NCBI GenBank assembly: GCA_976551045.1
Contig: CDPCPM010000370.1
Span: 1,550,001 to 1,614,000 of the forward strand
Source: Glaucostegus cemiculus
Lineage: Eukaryota
DNA length: 64,000 nucleotides
Direction: 5' to 3'
Below are positions 26,344-37,757 of this stretch, in pieces. Under the pieces are notes generated by a model that worked only from the letters and a program-made list of their open reading frames with translations, was not told the origin of the DNA and did no database searches. Position 1 is the stretch's first letter; every line of letters starts with the position of its first letter. The translations under genes and the position numbers were made by a program.

Positions 26344-27086
26344 GTCCGCCGATCGGCATATTTTCATAGTTCTTGACTCATCATCCCGATTTCCCTTCTT
26401 ATTTTTCTCTCGATCTGTTGTTCTGGTGCACGGACCACGATGCTTTTCCGTTCAATGTCTTCGACCAGACAGTTTTCCTCATGAGCAAGTCATGATACGA
26501 AGGAATTTGATATGTCTGGCGTTAGTGATTTTAACAATGAGCGCCTTTGATTCTCAATCAAGTATTTTGTGTTACAATGGAATGATCTTCACATTACTGG
26601 AATCAAACAAGCAGGAAATCGTTATTAAAGGCGGAGAGTTCTCCATATTTTCTGTCAGAAATCCAGTTCAAATTTGTTCTGGACTGTTGTCAGCTCTATT
26701 GTCACATATTCCTTGCTTCCCTGCCCCCCAACTCCCTTCGCTCGCAGTCGCTGGCTGAGTAAGCAACCGCAATGTGTTCACTATCTTCTGATCACCAACC
26801 ACCAGATCCCCGAAGTTCTCATTTCCACTGAGAGGAAATGTGCATTTCCCTCCCTTAAAAAAAGGTCTCCGAACGGCGCAACTTTGACTCGTGTGGAATC
26901 TCTGCTGATAGCTTACGTTTGTTCCTCTGAGTCTGAGAACTCTTTCTGCCTTTTGATATTGAGCAGATTTCGTCCGTGCCGCTTGTTGAGAATGGTTCAC
27001 TCAGCAGGGCTCTGGAGATGGATGCCTTTATTTCTGTTCCAACTGAGCGTTACCATGATTAAAAAGTTTGAGACACAAGCAATGCC

Positions 27087-27564
27087 ACCAAGAACCGCCT
27101 GGCGACGCTGCTTATCATTATGCCACCTATCGCTACGAATGAGGATTTTAGACTCTCCATTTCCTTTGATCTGAATACGACTGGTGTTTCCACTGGAAGA
27201 ACAATGACTGGGTCGACAGAGGTCATGTTTTTCATGGATATATTTTTCTCTGTCAGACCGTAAACTTCAAGACTCGGAGAAACAGTCTGTTTGTGCACTG
27301 AGATTCGAAGAGTACAGCAATGCCATACTGCACTGCATCTTGTAAACAAGCGATAGAAACTCATGTTTGCTGGTATGTTCAGCACCCGAGTCAGCGTCCC
27401 GGTTATCTGCTTTGAATTACGGCAGGGATATTAAATAAAAATAGCGACGTCAACGACCGAATCTCCTCTCCGTTCAACAAAACGAGCAGGAATAACGAGC
27501 TAACACTCCGCAAGGCCGGATCTCCGACTTTGTCGTGTAATTCTGTGCCACGACCACCACAGCG
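27087..27564 (+). pseudogene. Decayed paralog of the V at 24913
   Basis: Leader remnant 27087-27132 (ATG>ACC, GT>CT). Exon from 27257: LQDSEKQSVCALRFEEYSNAILHCIL*TS...WYVQHPSQRPGYLL*ITAG...DRISSPFNKTSRNNELTLRKA...FCATT, then CACAGCG with no good nonamer. Confidence 0.8.
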
Positions 27565-28059
27565 CCACAGAGACACAGAGGACGCTTCCAATCTTCTTAG
27601 CGCTCGCCAGAGGGCGGACTCACCAGAACCAACAGAAAGAAATTTAAGATGGAAGGCGAATGGATTCCTCGTTCCTCTGCATACGATTTGTACCTCAGGC
27701 CGCATTCATCAAAGTGTCTGTTAACTGTGGCCAATCATACAGGTACGTTCGATCTCCAGTTGACCCAACTGCTGCCAGAAGCAATTTAGCTTAAATTGCT
27801 GGCAAGTGTTATTTCACCAAATCGAACAATTACCGCCGAAAATAGACATCACGACGAGAATCAATGCATGTAGCGAAAGACCAGCATCAACTCAGTTTAA
27901 TAGGGCCACAGATTGCAGAAGAATGTGTGTCAGGGTCTGTTCAGCGCAGTTCCACACAAACAGTCCAGAAGGGGTCGCACCATCATGACATGACTCCGCA
28001 GAGATCGGGATTGGATGATGTTTTTCAGCACTTGGTTTACCAATTCTTTTGAATTGTGT

Positions 28060-28075
28060 CGGCGCCCTCCACTGG
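28060..28075 (-). promoter_or_regulatory. CTCF-like motif
   Basis: CCAGTGGAGGGCGCCG on the - strand; another (TCGCCAGAGGGCGGAC, +) at 27604-27619. Confidence 0.45.
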
Positions 28076-31000
28076 GCTGTTTTAGAGAATGCCATTGAAA
28101 CTGTGGTCACAGTGAGTGTGTCGTTTATATCTCAGAACCCGAGAGACAGAAACCTTCTCCCAGGAATAGACAGTGAAGCAAATGTATTAGAGCATTCCTT
28201 TCAGATGCTTGGTGAGAAAGTAAGGCCTAATCTTTCTGAGTTCATGGTTGTATACATTCGACTTTATCTTCAGAGGGTCCAGAGAGAGTGTGTTATTTTA
28301 AATGATGGTAAGCCCTTGGCGTATTTACCGTGTCCTCCGGATACCGGCGGTGGAGAGTCGTTGAAACCAATTTCATCAGTCTTAATTTCTCCATGAAATC
28401 TTCCTTGATCTTGATTATACCGACCGATAAAACAGCTCGGCCTCATATTTCACACAAGTGAATTCCCTCTCATGAGTTGATTGATGAAGCAATGATTAAT
28501 GAAGAGTTTCACGGAGGAAATTTAGGTGAATCAGATTGGTTACAACGTTCCACCACTGTCTGTATCCGGAGGACAAAGCAAATTTAAAGCTGGAAAAAAA
28601 AAGAGCAGAGAGGGGCAATATTTCACAGTAGTGTGCAAACCGTAAGTTCAGTCAAAAACTGGCATTGTAAATATAACCTTCTGTAAGGATGTTAAGTCTC
28701 ACAAGCTGAAGAGAAAAGGGCGACGAGCTCTGGAGATCATTTGAGAGTTTCTTCTACGGTAATTAGTTTACCTTTGTAAAGGAGTGGTAAATATCAAATG
28801 CCACCTACGAAAATGATTCACAGGTTCGCACAGCAAAATTACGAAGAGAAAGTCAGCCAGCAGTGGGAATAAGACGAATCTCCGATGGCACGGCATATTT
28901 CCGTGCCATGAGCTCCACACTCCAGCGGGGCCATACAAAATCTTGAGAAATGCTTGGACCACATGGTGCTTTCACTCGAGGAACTCAAAAGACATCAGGT
29001 GGAGAAATTCCCTCGAATACTCCAATGCAAACCCTGTCTGTCGTAGGATCATTCATCCATTCTGCGTCTCTGTCGCACAATCTTACAGATGTCATCACAT
29101 TATGACCTTGTTTGCAGGGTGCTAATGAACTGATGCTATTATCTTCCGATAACGAATTGAAACAATGAATTGATTATTCTAACCTTGTGAAACAATGGGA
29201 AGAGTATTTGTTCAGGTCCTAAGTCCCGTCACTCACTGCCTCCTTGGAATTGTCTTACTTCGAAAGTATTCTGCTTACTGTCTCTCATTCTGCCTCTTCT
29301 TCCACGTTAATGCCATGTACTGTAAAATAATGCCCGCTATTAGGGGAGGACGCTACATTTTACTTTTTTTTCAGTTCATTTGTCGGGAATAGTCTGGATC
29401 ATGGGAATCTCCAATTGATTCGCGATAGAACAGGCAGCATGTGTCATTAAAAATTTCAAGTCAACTAAATGAGCGTGTTTAATAAAGAATGCATAGATAC
29501 AATGGAAAATTTCGCAGAATAAAGATTCGTCATTTTCATTTGATTTGACAAAATATGGCCATAGTCTGAGAATTGTGAATCAATATAACAATAAACAGAG
29601 CTATGGTATTGAGTGCCTATTCAGTTTAACGCCTTAGGTACAATCAGCTGTACTGTATTTTACCAGTTCGTTTCTCAACATTTCAGCCGATTGGAAGACT
29701 CTCTCTCTCTTCTCTCTCTCTATCTGTCGATCCATCTTTCTGTCTGTCTATTTGTCCGTTCTCTTTATTTCTATTTGTCTGTCTATCAGTCTATCTATGC
29801 ATCTACCTGTCTGTCTGCATGTATCTGTCTGACTCTCTATCCGTCTGTCCTTCTGTCTCTACCTTCTGCCAGTACAAGATGCAAAAGGAAGAGAAGAACC
29901 CCATCTACTCCAGTTTGTCCAGATAACGAAATACCCCACCGCTTCCATCATTTTTAGAGTATATAAGACACATCCTCCGTTCAGCCTGAAAATATTTCAC
30001 AACATGCTGAGCTGACGACTGGTCTTGATACTGAACATGTGGTTAAACCTTTACTTATGAAATCCCATTATGATTCCCTTTATCGCTCACGCAGTATGTC
30101 TTCACATCTCTCCTATCATTCTTAGAGCTTTTCTGACTCCTTTTTCTCCTTCCCCGACACTTTCTGCAAACTGTGTAAACTCCAGACTGGTGTTCCTGTA
30201 TTCTGTTCTTCTGCTGTACTCTTGTTTACTCCATCTATTTTTTTCCTCCAACATTCAGCCGTTTCAGTCCTCAACAATAATCTTCATCTCCGATGTGTGG
30301 GGCCGTTTTCAACAGTGTTTCCATGTAATTTTGAAATTCATCACCATTCTCTTCACATTGTCGCGCAATTTTCATTGGCGTTACTCAGAGATTGTTTTCG
30401 AAACTGAGTCCTGCCAGCTCAAATAGAAATACCTATTCAGAAATATAGTGGATGCTGACCGTTTTTCTTAGGTACAGATCACACTGAAGTCCGTGGAACT
30501 TAAAAAAAAAGAGACATGCAGTTTCCTCAGAGCATCTGTCGATTAACCAAGTTTTCCTTCCCCTTTAATTACCGGTGGCGTATTTTATCAAAAGACGTTT
30601 GAAAATTCACATATTCGGCACTATCAAGATAAAATGTATCAATTGCCTGGAACTTGCCCTCCCGCCCCTTTAATTCTATTTATTGTAGGTCTTCTAATCA
30701 GTGATTTTCTTTGGATCTGCAAACCAGAGGGTGAAAGGACCGCATCAATTAGCATAAACGCGATACAACCTGCCTGCAAGAAAAATTGTAGCAAACGACG
30801 ATAACTGAAACTAATTGCCGCTGTAGAGATTTCTATCACCAAAAAGCATCTGCAGGAAATGCCGATTTATGGGGTTACATCTCGTTCTTGCACAGTTTTG
30901 GGGGGAGCAGCACACGACTAGGAATGGACCCCTCTTTGTCATTTATTATTCTATTCTTGCAGCTTTCGGTCCTCCAGGTAAGCTTGGTACCAGCAAAACA

Positions 31001-32629
31001 AGGGGACAGTCAACATGCACCGTCGTTGCAAAGCCAGCTACTCATCAGACTGTTAATTTACACTCGTCTTCTTACGTTTTGATCTTTGCAGCTCCCGGAT
31101 TACCCACTGTTTGTGAAATGGGATCTCAGTATGCAGAACAAGTCAGTCCATTCACCCAACAGATGGAAGCGACTTACTATATTAATGTATTTGATAAAAT
31201 TACAACACGATTTTTTTCTCAGTGAGCAGTATTGTACTTGCAACTCATGTACCATTGTTCACATGCCACGTCGTCTCTTCAATTCAGGCTGAACAAAGTT
31301 GCGAGAGATCAGCGGAGGACACATCAGTGTTAACCATCAGTCTGACCGCTGATTCGATTCAACGTGCACTCGTCAGGTAATAGCGGAGTGCAGAACTTCA
31401 AAATGATTTGTCTGGATTATGAAGTGTCACTAATTGTCCTAAAAATTTGATGACCGTTATTTCAAATAATTACCGAATATTCTTGCAGTCCCAGTTTTAG
31501 ATTTCGCTTGTGTCCACATAGGCGTTTCCTGACTTGTATTTACTCAGTAACACCGCATCCTCTTTTATTTGGTGCCCGGTGTCTCTGAAATCATGAGCTG
31601 CGATAATATAATCAAGTGTGGATCTGCGTTGAATTAGTGAACAGATGAGTGCGACAATTCCCTACTCTTGGTTTTAAATCCTGTCACATTATAATTACAT
31701 AAATACACACGTTTCAACACGGCGCCAGTTCCCCAAGCCACTTTCGCCCTTCAATGAATTGCCTGAGTAGCTTTCTCAGTGGTTGGCGCGTCATCATGGC
31801 GTAGGGCAAAACATTTTCCAACCCTCTGCATACGATTTCTGCGAACTACACTTTCCAATTGGTATTGGTTGTTTTTAGATGGTTAGCGATTGGAATTGGC
31901 AATTCAGCCCCCATAGTCCCTGTGAGATAATGTGGACCAAAATCCAAGGAAATGAAGGATACTACACGGGCGATAAACCCATGATTGCACGAAGCCCCTT
32001 CTCGGTTGCTGCGCAATTTGAGCACATCTCGCTTTGTATAGAATCAGGCGCATTTCCTGTACCCTTTCTGTACGACAAATTGGCAGGAGCGATCACTGGA
32101 AAAAATTCGTGGTAAAACTCCCAAAATCTGCAGGTTTTCGTTAGACGCGGGGTACTTAGGCTCTCTGAGTTCATGATAAGTTCATCAAATTTGGTTTGTG
32201 ATCTGATAGTCTCACGTTTCCTTCTCCAGGCTCAAAAATTACATCTGTGTTAACATTCTCAACATTACGTTTTACTTCGAACAATCGCTCATTTTGTTTA
32301 ATCGGTTAGTCTCTCCCACCCTCCTCCCTGTCTCGCTCCAGGCTGCTTGTCTTTCATCAGCTTGCTTGTGTCCACTCGATGGAGAGAAACGGTAACCAGC
32401 TTTCCTGAAGATGGTCACCTGCCGGGGACCAATCCAAGCAAATGCTTGCACTCAGTAGTTGTGTTCTCGTGGGAACTTCGCCAGATAGCAGCGCCCTTTG
32501 TGCCACAGATAAACTTTTAATTCTTAAAGCCAATTTATTGTCAGAAGCAAAAGTACGGTCCTATATTGATGCAAAGAAGAAATAGCTCGCAATAGCGTCA
32601 CAGGAACATAAATTCAGACAACACAAACA

Positions 32630-35400
32630 ACATTCTCCAATCCTCATGAACCGACCCAGAATCTAGGGAACATCGGAAAATGATCACCAATGCATCCATA
32701 ATTTCTGGAGCTACCTCCTTCAGTACCCTGGGATGCAGACCATCCGGACCTGGGGATTTATCAATCTTCAGACCCAATAGTCTACCCATCACCATTTCTT
32801 TCCTAATGTCAATCCACTTCAGTTCCTCCGTCACCCTCTGCCTTTTGTCCATCCCTACCTCTGGGAGATTACTTTCGTCTCCCCCAGTGAATACAGATCC
32901 AAAGTACTTCTTAAAATCTACTGCTATCTCCCTGTTTCCCGCAATAATTTCACCCGATTCGGTCTTCAAGGACCCATCATTATTCAGAACTAGCTTCTTT
33001 ACCTTCACATTCCTAACAAAAAGCTTTTACTATCCTCCTTCATATTCCTAGCTAGCCTGCCTTCGTACCTCATTTTTTCTTCCCGAATTACCTTTTAGGT
33101 TAAATTCTGCTGCACCTTAAAAAATTTCCAACTCTTCTGCCTTCCGACTCAGCTTAGCTCAGCCATTCTTCTTCCTTTTTAACACTATGCTATCCCTGAC
33201 TTCCTTTGTCAGCCACTGTGGCCCCTTTCCCCTCTCTGAGTCTTTCCTTCTCTGGGGAATGCACTGATCCTGCACCTTGCGCATTATTCCTAAAAATACC
33301 TGCCATTGCTGTCTCACCGTCAAATCTGCTAGGATGCCCGACCAGTCAACTTTAGCCAGCTCCTCCGTCATGGCTCTATAGTCACCTTTGTTCAACTGCA
33401 ATATCGACCCTTCTGATTTGCCCTTTTCCCTCTCCAATTGCAGATAAATTCTTATAATATTATGGTCACTACCTCCCAATGGCTCCTTTACTTCGAGTTA
33501 CCTTATCAAATCCTGCTCATTGCACAGCTCTACAACCAGAATAGCCTTCACCTGGTCGGCTTTCGTACCAGCTGCTCCAAGAAGGCATCCCAGAGGCACT
33601 CTATTAACTCCCTTTCCTGGGGTCCAGCACCAGCCTGATTCTCCCAGTCCACTTGCATATTGAAATCCCCCATAACTACCGTGACATTACCCTTGCCACA
33701 TGCCAACATTAACTCATTACTCAAGTTGCATCCAATATTCATGCCACCATTCGGGGGCCTGTAGATAACACCCGTTAGGGTCTTTTTCCCTGACAGTTCC
33801 TCAGGTCAATCCACACTTACTCTACTTCTCCTGATTCAATGCCCCCCCTTTCCAAGGACTGAATCTCATTCCTCACCAACAGGGCAACCCTACACCCTCT
33901 GCCCACCTTCCTGTCGTTACGACAGCACGTATACTCTTGAAAATTCATTTCACAGGTCTGATCTTCCTGCAGCCATGTCTCCGTTATCCCAACACCATCA
34001 TACACACCCATTCGTATCTGACTTCAAGCTCACCTACCTTATTTCTTACACTCCGTGCATTCAGATATAGGATTTTTAACCCATTTCTCCTCTCTCCATT
34101 CGTATTAATGTTCCGAAATTGTGTATGTCCTACCTGTCTACCCTCCATATCACTATCCTCTCTCTCATTCCGGATCCCCTCCCCCTGCAAATTTAGTTTA
34201 ACCCCCCAAGCAGCACTAGCAAACCTTCTTGCAAGAATGTCAGTACCCTTCCAGTTCAGGTGTAAACCGTCCCGTTGGAACAGATCGCACCTTCCCTGGA
34301 ACAAATCCCAATTATCCATAAACTTGAAACCCTCACTTTCACACCATCCCCTCAGCCACGTATTAAACTGCCTAATCTTCCTATTTCTCTCCTCACTCTC
34401 ACGTGGCACAGGTAGCAATCCTGAGATTGTCACCCTGGATGTCCTGCCCCTTAATTTAGCACCAAACTCCCTGAACCCCTTACGCAGGACCACCTCTCTT
34501 TTCCTGCCCACGTCGTTAGTCACGACATGTAAAACAACATCTGGATTCACGCCCTCCCTCCCGATAATGACCTGAACCCGATCGGAGATATCCCAGACCC
34601 TGGCACCAGGGATGCAACAGACCATCCGGGATTCACGATCTTCCCCACAGAATATCCCATCTGTCCCAGTTACTACAGAATCCTCTATCAGTACAGCTCT
34701 CCTCTCTTCTTTCTTCCCCTTCTGAGTTGAGGGTCCAGTCTCGGTGCCAGAGACTGGACGTCCACAATTAGTTCCTGGTAAGTCATCCCCACCAACAATA
34801 TCCAAATCGGTATACTTATTATTGATGGCGACAGCCAAAGGAGTGCTCTGCTCTCTCTGCCTGCTCCCCTTCCCTCTCCTGACAGTTACCCGTTTATCCT
34901 TCTTCTGTCTTATCGGTGTGACTACCTCCCTATAACTCTGATCTACTTCTGCCTCCACCTTCCGAATGCTCCGTAGTTCGCCCAGCTGCTGCTTCAGTTC
35001 CCTAACGCGGTCTGTAAGGAGCCGCAGCTGGACGCACCTTTGGCCGGTGTGGTCACAAGGGTCAACTGTGCTGACCCTGACCACCCACATACTGCATACG
35101 GAGCACATCACTGCTCTGTCTCCCCCATATCTTGCTCCCAGATTAGTTGCAACAAATCAAGATAATAAGTACCTACCAGACTTTATCTTATATCTCAGCA
35201 ACACGTACTCAGGCTCACCGGCTTCCTCTTAGCGAAGTATTGTGTGCCGAAGCCCCTTGTGACAAAGCCCGACCACTCTGCTTCCCCCTCACTCCGCTAC
35301 CCGCTTCGACGCTGCCCGCTCAAGAGGCTGCTTGCCTTTTAAGCCGCCCACGACGCGCCTGCGCAGTCCAGGCTCATTCGACCCCCTTAAACTTCTTTTA
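32630..35400 (-). mobile_element. CR1 LINE retaining 5'UTR, ORF1 (CxxC + SGNH/GDSL esterase-like) and broken ORF2 endonuclease/linker; 3' part missing
   Basis: ORF 33984-35111 has CSVCSMW, (G)DSVV, VCCIPGAR, HVVTNDV and DGLHLN. Then LYLNARS, GITETWL, VMGDFN, GSDHN and KSPGPDGLHPRVLKE in frameshifted pieces. Confidence 0.92.
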
Positions 35401-36764
35401 CTCTACTAAAAGTTACTTATAAATACAATTCAACATTCGTAGTTTACTCCCTTACCAAAAACTAAATCCTAGACAAAACCTTGATAAAACGATAATAGGA
35501 AAAAAAAATCCCTTAAGTCCTCAGAGGCCTTCCGAAGTCCCCGGGTCAAAAGAGTCAAAAGCAATGCAACACGTGGCCCGAAGGTTTCCACTGCTGAGGT
35601 AGGATCAGGGTTGCAATATTCGTTTGTAGAATCTAATGGTTCTTGGAAAGTATTTGTTCTTTAATCCGGTTGGATGGGATGGGGCATTTCTCTGCCGCTC
35701 TGGATTTTGGATACCACAGTGGGCCAAGAGCAGCCCAATATCTTAATAAGATATAGCGTAACTTTTCACTGGTCAATTCCTATCCTGGTATGCACTTCAG
35801 AGGACGGACGATCTGGACAGAATGCATTGCTCGGTTGCAATATCATCTCAGATGGGTGCTGGCACGAGTATTCATTCGTCTTATTTTATTTCCTTTTCCC
35901 ATCCCCCACCAAATTATAGAGCGTTTCGAAATAATTTCGAAGGATATTCCATCATTGATGTCCGCCCACAATGTACTGTAAAATCAGGGATAATATGTTG
36001 CCAAAAAACTATGTGGTATCAAGGAAGTATTGACATTTGTTGTTTCAATAGGTTGATTATCATACCGTACTAGTTGATGTCAGCATGCCAAAATGACCGT
36101 GGATATTGTAAACTGGGTTCCGATACCCATTTCATCTCTGGGACAGAAATAATATGGCTCAGGGAAAGGCGACGGGCCTTCATTGTAACGGGGGTAACAA
36201 ATGCTGCATTGTCTACTTAATAACCGAAACTTGGAATCAAACACAATCAGACAAGAAGGAAGTCACAACTGGGGTGAAATGCTGCTGTACGACATCGTAA
36301 TTCAAGAAAGGAGGGGTCACCTCAGAGAAACGAATGGAATAAAAGAAGTATGTCTCTTAGTAACATTGTTTTATTGATAGTTTCACTCCAAATAATTTAC
36401 ATAGTAAATTCAGAAAGGTTAAGATAAACTGAACTCTGCAACTGTATTTCACACTGAGACCAAGCAGTTTGAGCTGCCAGCTTTTTGTGAAATTACAAAG
36501 GACACCAAAGAAAGGAATGAGACGAGGGAAACAGGTGCCTAACCGAGAGCGGCATCGTACTCACAGAATATTGAATGAAGTTGGATTCAATGAGATATAC
36601 TTACATGGTGGACAGTGCAGGAAGCAATGTGGGAAATGAACAAGGAGGTGTGCAGAAAGCTTCAGGGAAGGAACTCAGCAAATTCCAAGCTCGTTCGTAT
36701 GTCATTGGAGGTGTGTTAACAGATCCTCACATGAAATGTTAACACTTAACGTAACTACTCAAGG

Positions 36765-37745
36765 GGAAACACAAAAAAGCGCCGAAGGAACGCGGTCGCT
36801 CAAGCAGCATCTGTGCTGGCAAATGGACAGTCGACCGTTCGGGTCGAGATCCAAAGAAGGAGGGGAGATAGCCAGTGGAGGAAAGGGATGGATCATGAAC
36901 TGGCAGTTGATAGGTGGGCAGGTGAGGGTAGAGATGCACCCGAGCGAGCGGGAGAACAGGATTAATGATGGACGCTGGAAAGTGATATGTGGAAATGGCA
37001 AAGGGCTGCAGATGATGGAATCTGACAGGAGCCGAATGTGGAGCATCGCAAAGAGGGAGGTCGGAAGGGGAATCAGTGGGTGTAGTGTGTGAGTAATGGA
37101 AAAACGTATAAGATGTAAAAGGGGGAGAGATTCGGTGATGTGGACGGGCAGAATCAGGGGAGAGAGAAGAAAAAATGTAAACGGTCAGAAGAGGAGCGTT
37201 TTTGAAAATCTGATGTTCATGTCCCCAGGATGAAGACCGACCACGGGGAATATAAAGTGTTGTTACTTGAAATTGCTTTTATCCCGATCTTGAAGTGGAG
37301 GAGTTCGTGGATAGACATACGATGTTGAATAGGAACTGGAATTTAAATGGCCGTCATTCGGGCGATGCAGGTTGGCACAGTGGATGGTGCGCAGGTGCTT
37401 GGCGAGACAGTCCTCCAATTAGCTCCCGCCTCACCGACAAAGAGGAGGCCGGAACGGGAGCACGGTGTGCAAGACATAACACTGTGCGATTTACATTCTG
37501 AACGTTATCTCACCTGGAGGGGCACTTTTGGACGCTGGATGGCAGTGAATGCAGAGGTGGACAGGGAGGCGTAACGTATTGTGAGATCACAGGTGCGAGT
37601 GCCAGTGCAGGGAGGATAATAGGTGAGGGGAGCAACAAATAAACATCTGCGTTGGCAGATATCTTCAGAAGTGCATTGGAAACCAAATAAAAGAAAATCA
37701 CAGTTCATGGTGAGAGGAATGGAGTAGACGTGAACCATTAATGAG
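36765..37745 (-). mobile_element. Penelope-like retroelement remnant (GIY-YIG endonuclease end and terminal repeat)
   Basis: Minus strand at ~37390-37450 is a degenerate LLYIGET.R.L..RF.EHLR motif; CPPCT/C..C upstream; terminal CAAGCAGCATCTGTG motif common to fish Penelope repeats. Confidence 0.6.
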
Positions 37746-37757
37746 AATGTCGACTTG

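Noticed and set aside
27850-28400. Possible NLR-like fragment (RNALIHLLHCLF) on the minus strand
   Set aside because: A single short resemblance among many stops; no NACHT or LRR motifs.
33937-34575. 212-aa plus-strand ORF (and similar ones at 60348-60945)
   Set aside because: Antisense shadow of CR1 coding sequence.
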